Shown: piece after piece, positions 7,049 through 13,610 of the stretch
How the letters are laid out: each line of letters starts with the position of its first letter
How positions within the stretch are numbered: position 1 is the first letter of the stretch
Assembly (NCBI GenBank): GCA_048939465.1
Contig: JBHLPL010000048.1
Span: forward strand, 1 to 13,610
Length of the DNA: 13,610 nt
From: Promethearchaeota archaeon
GTDB taxonomy: Archaea; Asgardarchaeota; Odinarchaeia; Odinarchaeales; JBHLKK01
Direction: 5' to 3'
Made by a program: the position numbers and the translations under genes
The notes under the pieces: generated by a model
Told to the model about the DNA's origin: nothing
What the model saw: only the letters and a program-made list of their open reading frames with translations
The model's database searches: none

Positions 7049-8181
7049 CGTAAGCCGATTATCCCTCTAATCCCCGCTCTTTTTACGTCTATTGCTCTGT
7101 AGGGGCATAATTCGAAGCAACAGAGACAATTGACACATGTTTTTCTATCTACTTCGGGGTAGGGTGTAAGTCCGATAGCGCTGACCGGGCAGTTTTCGGC
7201 ACACGTACCGCATTGTGTGCATCTATCGTGCAAGAACAAGGGGATTTTCTTCATGTACCTATGGAATACTTCACCAAGAAACGTTGAAGATATACCGACT
7301 ATTGCCCCTGAAGGCAGACTGAGTTTCTCTCTCTCCTCTGGGAATCCGTCTCCGACGATTTCTATCCTTCTCAGATCTCCGATTCCTAGCCCTCGTTCAT
7401 GACATATTCTTATATGTGGAACTGCTGCCAGCGGCTCGTAACCTGCCATGGCAACCGCTACGGCATCCACTGCGACCGCATCAAATCCTGCAATTATCGC
7501 ATTTACGTTGACCATTTTGCCAGAGGATGGTCCCATGCCCACCATCGCCTGAATCACGTCCATGACATTCAAGATAGGTCTTCCATTGATTACCGAGTAT
7601 AGATCTGCCAGAACCTCTGAGAACTCCTCTAATGTCCGCCCCTTGAGATGATTTAGAACTTTCCGAGCCCCCGGCTGAATTCCCCAGAAGTTTTTGATTG
7701 CCCCAGTATAGACAGTCTGCATGTGGGTCTTCCACTTTGGTATGTTTATTATGGCATCAGCTTCAAAGAAGACTGGAGCAATCAATGTCTCTTTCAGCCT
7801 TCTAGCATTCTTGATCTCCAGCTCAACTGGTCCTGCTGTTTCAAATGAAGCAAATTTAGCTCCGGTTTTGTTGATGATCTCTAATATTCCAGCAGCCCTG
7901 AATTGCTCCTTTGATTTGGTCAGCGTTTCTTCTCCTCCGGGAGAGTCCCCTACCAGAACCTCTGCCCCGTCTTCCTTTGCCAGAAGTATTAATTCTTTGA
8001 TAAGTCTGGGATCAGTAAAGACACCCTCCTTCGCCATTAGCATATTCGGTTTTAGCAGTACCTTTTCTCCCTTCCTGAAAAGCTTTTGAAACCCTCCGAC
8101 AAGATCTATGGCATTCAAAACAGCATCTTTGAGCGTTGCGTATTTCTTGATTTGAACAACTGATACTCGAGCATCGGTCAA
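7045..8181 (-). CDS. DUF362 domain protein with C-terminal 2x[4Fe-4S] ferredoxin domain
   Basis: KVLLKPN, INIPKWKTH, TGAIKNFWG and DAVAVDAVA motifs. C-terminal CTQCGTCAENCP and CVNCLCCFELCP. TTG start with gagggt RBS and a TTTTAAAC TATA at 8239-8232. Confidence 0.9.
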   Translation of the reverse strand: MTDARVSVVQIKKYATLKDAVLNAIDLVGGFQKLFRKGEKVLLKPNMLMAKEGVFTDPRLIKELILLAKEDGAEVLVGDSPGGEETLTKSKEQFRAAGILEIINKTGAKFASFETAGPVELEIKNARRLKETLIAPVFFEADAIINIPKWKTHMQTVYTGAIKNFWGIQPGARKVLNHLKGRTLEEFSEVLADLYSVINGRPILNVMDVIQAMVGMGPSSGKMVNVNAIIAGFDAVAVDAVAVAMAGYEPLAAVPHIRICHERGLGIGDLRRIEIVGDGFPEEREKLSLPSGAIVGISSTFLGEVFHRYMKKIPLFLHDRCTQCGTCAENCPVSAIGLTPYPEVDRKTCVNCLCCFELCPYRAIDVKRAGIRGIIGLR

Positions 8182-8303
8182 TCTCTTACCCTCGCCTGGA
8201 AGACAGATAGTCGAAAAACTAGTTACTTTGTGTTTAAAATCTTATCGTAAAACCAATTGGCATCCCGCTCCAGTTGTCTGATTCGAAGAGTCTTGTGCGT
8301 CTA

Positions 8304-8531
8304 TCAGAATTTGATTATTACATCCTTGGCAAGTATCTCTGGATCCTCTGTGTTTGGAACTTCCAAGAAGACCATATGAAACTTGGCAAAGCCCATGTCT
8401 ATCAGTTGACTTATGCTCTCGAAGCACTTTTCAGACGTCCCATGAACTACTCCCTTCCTGTGCTCATCTGCGGGTCTGTCAAGTTGGAGAGCCCTACCTT
8501 TGGCGATTTCTCTCGTTAATTGATCGAAAAA
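8304..8531 (-). pseudogene. Orphan C-terminal fragment of an LLM-class (luciferase-like, possibly F420-dependent) oxidoreductase
   Basis: Startless 75-aa frame FFDQLTREIAKGRALQLDRPADEHRKGVVHGTSEKCFESISQLIDMGFAKFHMVFLEVPNTEDPEILAKDVIIKF*. It matches the LLM C-terminal pattern GTPEE..E.I..L.D.G...F.L.F......E.LA..V.P.F as recalled. Confidence 0.7.
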
Positions 8532-9866
8532 TCATAAGGCAAATACAACAAGAACATACGTAAGGGCAATCCCCAAGCTTATCGGTAGAATGATCCCACT
8601 GTACTTAAGGAATTCCATAGTAGTCAGTTTAATTCCAGATTTTTTCAAAATATCCATCGCAATTATCGTACTTGGTGATCCTATTGGGAGCAGATCGCCG
8701 CCCAGTAAGGCGCAAGAGAGAAGGGACCAGTGCAAAGGATGAGCGTTGGGAAGACCCATAACATTTACGCCCAGCTGCTGGGCAACAGGTATGAATGTCA
8801 AGGCCACAGGTATATTATCAACCACGCCTGATAGCAGACCACCTATCAGGCCCATAAGGACGATCGCCAAGGGAAGATTCGCACCGACTACGGCTCCCAA
8901 TCCGCGAGCGATTGCATCCAGCACACCTGCTGCCTCAACTCCGCCGATTGTAATGAACAGACCTATGAAGAAAAATATGGTATCCCATCTAACCTTTCCT
9001 ATCGATTCTTCCACTCTTCTCGTAAAGAAGAGCATCGCTATTGCTCCCAAAAGGGCAGCAAAACCTATGGTGATTCCAAAAGATCTCCCTATCACGAAAA
9101 GTATTATCACACCGGTCAGCACGGCTGCCGAACTGTAGAAGAAGTAAATGTTCTCTACCACGCTCCACGCATCAAATGCATCCAGCTGTGACCGGATAAC
9201 TGAGACCCTCGACTCAGAGGGAGTAATCAGTTTCTTTCTGTTCATTCTTCTTAGTACGAAGATTAGAACCAAACCGAGGATGGTTGCCAGGGGAAGTCCG
9301 GTGATCGCAAACTCACCGAACCCTATAGGGGGATCAACACTCGGGTGTGATGCAATCGTGATGCTTGGTATTGAAGACGTGACCAAAGCCATTCCCGCCG
9401 CGTCTGCCACAAAAACCTCTGATATGACATATGGCAGAGGATCATATTCCAGAACATCACAAGCTATCATTGTCAACGAACCAATGATCATGGTCGAAAC
9501 GATGTTTCCGATTATGGTCGTGAAAAGGAAGATAAGTGTACACATGGTGGTCAGGAGCTTTGCGGGGCTATCCCCTACTCTCTTTATGACCTGAATAGCG
9601 ATGAATTGAAAGAGCCCACTTTCTCGCGCAACTTCCACTATGATTAGCATTCCGACGATAAGCATTATTGTTTCCAGCTCAATGAATTCCAGCGGGTTGA
9701 CAAGACCTGGCGGAGTTGGATGTTCAAAGCTAAACATGCCCAATGCGATGCCTGCGATCATCGTTGCCACAGCTCCAACCAGTGCTGCAAGAACCCTCGG
9801 TATTTTCTCGGTGAGAATTAGGGCGTATACTACAACCAGGATTCCCACGAACACCCACATCGACAT
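8532..9866 (-). CDS. ArsB/NhaD-like (IT superfamily, SLC13/P-protein related) ion transporter
   Basis: About 12 hydrophobic segments. Motifs KIPRVLAALVGA, GMLIIVEVARESGLF, KVRWDTIFFFIGLFITIGGVEAAG and SGVVDNIP. AGGTGA RBS. Confidence 0.88.
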   Translation of the reverse strand: MSMWVFVGILVVVYALILTEKIPRVLAALVGAVATMIAGIALGMFSFEHPTPPGLVNPLEFIELETIMLIVGMLIIVEVARESGLFQFIAIQVIKRVGDSPAKLLTTMCTLIFLFTTIIGNIVSTMIIGSLTMIACDVLEYDPLPYVISEVFVADAAGMALVTSSIPSITIASHPSVDPPIGFGEFAITGLPLATILGLVLIFVLRRMNRKKLITPSESRVSVIRSQLDAFDAWSVVENIYFFYSSAAVLTGVIILFVIGRSFGITIGFAALLGAIAMLFFTRRVEESIGKVRWDTIFFFIGLFITIGGVEAAGVLDAIARGLGAVVGANLPLAIVLMGLIGGLLSGVVDNIPVALTFIPVAQQLGVNVMGLPNAHPLHWSLLSCALLGGDLLPIGSPSTIIAMDILKKSGIKLTTMEFLKYSGIILPISLGIALTYVLVVFAL

Positions 9867-10141
9867 CGATTCTCACCTGCGGAGTAAACGCAAACCAAAA
9901 TACGACTGCTACTATATTGTGAACCTTGATTATATTCTTTTCTGAGTAGGGATCGACAGAGGGATTTCACAGTAGACCGTGTTTGTGTCGGTTCTTTTGT
10001 GCTTTTGGGGCCAGGGTCTTTGTCAAAAAACCTATGTTCATGTAGACTATTCAATCCTAATTAGTTCGTTGTCCAGCGCTTCTTTCCAGTGTAAGTAGAG
10101 TCAACCTTTTGAAACAAGAATCAGAAAAATGATGAAAGCAA

Positions 10142-10717
10142 TCAAATCTTCTTGAGTCTTTCATAATGTCCTTTCATCGATTCTAGCAGTCTTTCAGCAT
10201 CATCAAATCGCTTGTTGATTAACGATTCGAAGAATGATTCTATTTCGGTGGTGTGCATTTTGACGTCATACCCAGCGATCTCAAGACAAACCCCTATCCT
10301 CTCGCGTGCAAAGCTACTCCCCTTTGAAATCTTGATGACTGTCGGTAAGAAATCAATGAGCCTAGAACAGAGCTCTCTGTCCCTGTGTATGGCCTTTAGG
10401 GTTTCCACAAACTTCGGAATTATGAATAATTCTATTCTTTTTGATGAATCACCCTTTCCTAGACTGATTTCGTGCAGACTGTCAAGCAATGATTTTATGT
10501 TGAAATTCACTTCTCTTCTCGCATTGATCCACCTTTTGAATAGGTCCAGTCCTCTTTCTGCCTTTGTCAGTTCATCAACAAATCGATCAACTTGATCCTC
10601 TACGGATTTGACGTCATGAACCAATGGATCCGGGAATTTTGTGAACGCCAGTGACAGGGAGTCTTTGAATAACTCTGCGAATTCAGATATCTTCCTTCTT
10701 ACGGATTCATCACTCAT
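10142..10717 (-). CDS. Hypothetical all-alpha cytoplasmic protein, paralog of 10710-11336
   Basis: 191 aa, charged and amphipathic. GGAG RBS inside the upstream gene, 8-nt overlap. Ungapped homology to its neighbour. Confidence 0.85.
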   Translation of the reverse strand: MSDESVRRKISEFAELFKDSLSLAFTKFPDPLVHDVKSVEDQVDRFVDELTKAERGLDLFKRWINARREVNFNIKSLLDSLHEISLGKGDSSKRIELFIIPKFVETLKAIHRDRELCSRLIDFLPTVIKISKGSSFARERIGVCLEIAGYDVKMHTTEIESFFESLINKRFDDAERLLESMKGHYERLKKI

Positions 10718-11336
10718 TTCTCCCTTTCACCACCGGAACCTGTCCGAATTCGTTCTTCATTTTTTCGAATTTCTTGCCCATATTCTCCAGAAAAACGTCT
10801 GCAATGGAGAGCTGAAAACCAATTAGGGCTTTAAAGAACTTTTCAAAATCTGAACTATGTTTCTTCGGATCGTAGCCGACAAACTTGAGATACGCATCCG
10901 TCCTTCTTAAGACGACTTTGCTTCCTTCAGCAGATTTCTCTATTACTGGAAAAATATCCTCAAGGTCCGTTACTAGATCTCTGTCAACCTCCAGAGCATC
11001 CAGCATTCCTTTCACCAAAGGAAGGAGGATGAGTTTTGCTTTGAGCGTTTGATCTCCCTTCTCGATCTTCATACTGTACAAGGTTTCTAATAGAGACTTC
11101 ATATGATAGAACGCATCCCGTCTTGCCCTTATCCATCTTCCAAATAATTCAATTACCTCATCCGCTTTTGTCAAGTCATCAGTAGTCTGGGCAAGTCTTT
11201 CAAGTATCTTGTTACCTACTGGTTTTAAGGGATCTGGAAAGCTCAGTGAAATGAATGTGAGGGTATCTTCAAACAGTTTGGTAAATTCTGTAATCTTCTT
11301 CTTCACTGGATCTACAATTGTATTATCTCTTTCCAT
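10710..11336 (-). CDS. Hypothetical all-alpha cytoplasmic protein, paralog of 10142-10717
   Basis: 208 aa, ggag RBS, TTTATACA TATA-like element around 11390-11383. Shares FPDPL, LTKA, RWI.ARR, KSLL, KGD and GYD with its neighbour. Confidence 0.85.
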   Translation of the reverse strand: MERDNTIVDPVKKKITEFTKLFEDTLTFISLSFPDPLKPVGNKILERLAQTTDDLTKADEVIELFGRWIRARRDAFYHMKSLLETLYSMKIEKGDQTLKAKLILLPLVKGMLDALEVDRDLVTDLEDIFPVIEKSAEGSKVVLRRTDAYLKFVGYDPKKHSSDFEKFFKALIGFQLSIADVFLENMGKKFEKMKNEFGQVPVVKGRNE

Positions 11337-11524
11337 TTTCTTTCTCCAAGATAGTATTATTGCCGGTGTGAAATTAACCTTTTGTATAAACTGCGGTGTT
11401 GAAATCAGTCTCTTATGACGCCATGGTTCTTCATTTGAGTGTCTCTTATCAGGCTGCTGAGTTCCTTGTTCAGGTCACCCATTGAAATAGACCCATAGCC
11501 TGATGCTGCAGAAGATATCTCTCT

Positions 11525-12124
11525 TTAACGGCTGTATCTTTCTTCCTTCCACGGATCTCCGCGAATATGGTATCCGTGGGACTCCCAAAATCCTGGTCTG
11601 TTTTCTTCTGTGAATTCTACACCAGTAACCCATTTGGCGCTTTTCCAGAAATAAAGCCTCGGTACTATAAGCCTTACAGGATATCCATGTCCTGGGTCCA
11701 GCAATTCGCCGTTGTGCTTTAAGGCAAATAAAACATCTGGTTCGAAGAAGTCACTCAGCGGAAGATTTGTGGTAAAGTTCCCCATCGCATGGACAATAAT
11801 GTAACCTGCTTCAGGAAGAATCCTGACAAGATCTTTGATTACGGCTGAGCTCACTCCTTCCCAACGATTGTCGAGTTTCGACCAGCCGGTAACACAGTGG
11901 ATATCCGAAAGAACTTCTGTCCTTGGCAGCTTCATGAATTCTTCGAAGTTGAGTTTCCGCTCTTTCTCCACTAAACCTGAAATTGTGAAGGTCCATCTTG
12001 AGGTGTTAATTTCCGGCACTTTCCCATAATGAAGTACCGGCCACTTTTCTAAAACCCTTTGACCCGGCGGAATCCTGTTCTTTCTCTTAACGTCTGGACT
12101 TACGATTGTTTTCCCATCATTCAT
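11525..12124 (-). CDS. Sulfite oxidase-like molybdopterin oxidoreductase (single-domain, MsrP/YedY-related, no Tat signal seen)
   Basis: RIPPGQ, WPVLHYG, DIHCVTGWS (Moco Cys), HGYPVRLIVPRLYFWKSAKWV, GFWESHGYH. ATG 12124, with ggacggtg RBS and TTTTATAA TATA (12172-12165), is preferred over 12226. Confidence 0.93.
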   Translation of the reverse strand: MNDGKTIVSPDVKRKNRIPPGQRVLEKWPVLHYGKVPEINTSRWTFTISGLVEKERKLNFEEFMKLPRTEVLSDIHCVTGWSKLDNRWEGVSSAVIKDLVRILPEAGYIIVHAMGNFTTNLPLSDFFEPDVLFALKHNGELLDPGHGYPVRLIVPRLYFWKSAKWVTGVEFTEENRPGFWESHGYHIRGDPWKEERYSR

Positions 12125-12255
12125 AGAGGCACCGTCCAATCCGATTCTTAGGTCGAGAAGCTCCTTATAAAACCATTCGCTGATCCTATCGAATCCTATT
12201 GAGCAATACTGTTTCCTAAAGAACAAATGATCTCCGATTGCGTGTTATGATTAAC

Positions 12256-12270
12256 AAAAAAAGGGAAGGA
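12256..12270 (-). terminator. Pyrimidine/T7 tract terminator after the 4-TM gene
   Basis: The minus strand reads tccttcccTTTTTTT immediately after TAA 12273. Confidence 0.6.
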
Positions 12271-12272
12271 AT

Positions 12273-12659
12273 TTAGGTTCCTTTATAACCTTTGTAGAGT
12301 CCACTAGCGGTTACTATGACGCCAATTACGGTGACTGCGAGTGTCATTATCTGAAACGTTCCAAGCAGTACGTGTGGCATGAAGCTTAGAAATGCTCCCA
12401 GTCCTAAGAATAGCACCATCAGGCCTGATTTCAGGGTTGAGTTCGGATTCTGTAGGCTGGTAGACAGAAGAGTATTGAGACCGACAGCGATTCCTGCGAA
12501 GATTATAAGCATTCCGGGAAGGGCCCAGAATCCGAATCCCGCAAAGAAGAAGAACAGTATCAGTGTGACTATGAAGCCAACTATTATTACTGTAATCGCA
12601 GATGCGTATCCTCCAAGACTACTCATTTCTGGTGTCACTTTAGGTTCAGCTTTTGTCAT
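12273..12659 (-). CDS. Hypothetical 4-TM membrane protein, 128 aa
   Basis: Four Gly-rich hydrophobic segments. AAGGTGA RBS before ATG 12659, overlapping the upstream gene's stop. The 12725 start would overlap the upstream CDS. Confidence 0.8.
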   Translation of the reverse strand: MTKAEPKVTPEMSSLGGYASAITVIIVGFIVTLILFFFFAGFGFWALPGMLIIFAGIAVGLNTLLSTSLQNPNSTLKSGLMVLFLGLGAFLSFMPHVLLGTFQIMTLAVTVIGVIVTASGLYKGYKGT

Positions 12660-12669
12660 GGTTATCACC

Positions 12670-13610
12670 TTATACAAATGGTCCTCCTGGTTCGTAGATT
12701 GTTGCTTGCCATTCAGCGAGTGCATATGCCCAAGCTCCTACTTCTGAAGCTACTGCGAAGCTTAGGTAGGAGCAGACTTCTCTTACTCTGTCCCCTATTG
12801 TCATCATGTTTAGCAGATGCGTGTCTATCTTGAATTGACAGATGTCGAGCGTGTGGTAGGCCAGATAGTACAATTTATACATCGGTCCAGCTGGCCACGA
12901 TGCAGTGATGTTACCGTAAAATGCCACTAGCAAATCTGTGACATTTAGTCCCGCGTAAAGTGTTAGGTTGAATCCCCATCGTGTTAAGGTTGCATTAGTA
13001 GGAATACTGCTCGGAGCGGTTTGGTTCAATCCAAAGAGCTCATTGTATACATTGTAGTAATCCCTGGTATAGTTGAAAGCCATATCGTACGTCATGTTTC
13101 TGGTCTCATTCTCGATAAAAACAAACAGGTCCGTAAGCTCCGTGAAGTTGGTAGCATCTCCAACTGCAGTATAATTACCAAAAACATTGCCTGTCCAGTC
13201 ACTGTCCGCAATAAAGTGGGGTTCTGACGGAAACGATTCTGAGTAGTTGAAGAATGAATCCATCAAGGCCAAGGCATAGTCAATCGTATTCTGCGTTGAT
13301 GCCGATACGCTGCCTCTCAGGAGGCTGAGTTTATAATATTCATAACGGAACTTCACAGCGTCTCTCTCTAGGTCGTTCAAGTGTTCGCTTAGGTGCATTC
13401 CGTAGAATACGTGGACTTCGTCGAACCACCAACCTACGGGGTTATAGTGGTCTCCTCCTCTAAAGTTGACAATCTCTGTCGCTGTCCTGGTAAATGATTC
13501 AAGGGTCGGTTCTATTTCTGCTGAGGTTGAAAGAACAGTATTTACTCTCAACTTCGAAATCTCTGTTGGATTGTACGCTGTTGTTGTCGGATCCAGGTTG
13601 GAGGTATCAA
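12670..13610 (-). CDS. Large extracellular glycoprotein, 3' part only (5' end outside the window)
   Basis: The frame is open from the window edge (…DTSNLDPTTTAYNPTEISK then the 293-aa ORF) to TAA 12670. 11 N-x-S/T sequons. Thr/Asn/Tyr-rich. Confidence 0.85.
   Translation of the reverse strand, partial: DTSNLDPTTTAYNPTEISKLRVNTVLSTSAEIEPTLESFTRTATEIVNFRGGDHYNPVGWWFDEVHVFYGMHLSEHLNDLERDAVKFRYEYYKLSLLRGSVSASTQNTIDYALALMDSFFNYSESFPSEPHFIADSDWTGNVFGNYTAVGDATNFTELTDLFVFIENETRNMTYDMAFNYTRDYYNVYNELFGLNQTAPSSIPTNATLTRWGFNLTLYAGLNVTDLLVAFYGNITASWPAGPMYKLYYLAYHTLDICQFKIDTHLLNMMTIGDRVREVCSYLSFAVASEVGAWAYALAEWQATIYEPGGPFV

Noticed and set aside
8532-8534. TGA as selenocysteine or programmed readthrough fusing the transporter to the LLM fragment
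   Set aside because: The transporter ends at a normal family length after its last TM, a partial TIM barrel would not fold, and no SECIS-like element was identified.
8746-9945. Long plus-strand ORFs (130, 148 and 101 aa) and similar antisense ORFs elsewhere in the track (e.g. 946-1260, 5683-5994, 7721-8089, 10212-10595, 12379-12747)
   Set aside because: They are shadow frames opposite well-supported genes.
11408-11449. gtctcttat repeated 33 nt apart, resembling the Tn5/Nextera mosaic end CTGTCTCTTATACACATCT
   Set aside because: Only 9-10 nt match and the ACACATCT part is absent, so it is neither adapter contamination nor a transposon end.
605-12124. A unified sulfur/redox pathway (ASST, sulfite-oxidase-like enzyme, anion transporter, Fe-S proteins)
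   Set aside because: The genes are on different strands and in separate transcription units, split by junction scars and a GC step. None of the substrates is established.
1-13610. CRISPR arrays, tRNA/rRNA genes, IS elements, integrases
   Set aside because: No regularly spaced repeats, cloverleaf-like sequence, terminal inverted repeats or recombinase/transposase motifs were seen by eye.

Overview
This is an archaeal-looking chromosomal window, based on TATA/BRE-type promoters, GGTGA/GAGG ribosome-binding sites and a protein dense in N-glycosylation sequons; the lineage cannot be assigned from sequence alone. No tRNA, rRNA, CRISPR array, integrase or transposase was seen. Left part: an AT-rich gene for a membrane-anchored arylsulfotransferase (ASST family), a SatP/YaaH acetate channel, an orphan ORF, a PadR regulator, a 4-5 TM hypothetical protein, an alpha/beta hydrolase, a cupin and a 2x[4Fe-4S] ferredoxin. 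Right part, all minus strand: a DUF362 Fe-S protein, an ArsB/NhaD (IT superfamily) transporter with apparently non-canonical motifs, two tandem ungapped paralogous helical proteins of unknown function, a sulfite-oxidase-like molybdoenzyme, a 4-TM protein and the 3' part of a large glycoprotein. Reading outside the ORF track revealed four things: (1) a missed 56-aa, 8-Cys desulforedoxin-like gene (4980-5150); (2) a diverged copy of the satP 3' end (6953-7048) whose antisense strand supplies the ferredoxin RBS; (3) an orphan LLM-oxidoreductase C-terminus in frame directly after the transporter stop (8304-8531); and (4) an orphan membrane-anchor tail (2234-2353). The best candidates for something undescribed are the translationally coupled paralog pair beside the atypical transporter, the small Cys-rich protein, and the recurring orphan gene tails at gene boundaries. 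All family assignments come from motif recognition by eye, not from database searches.
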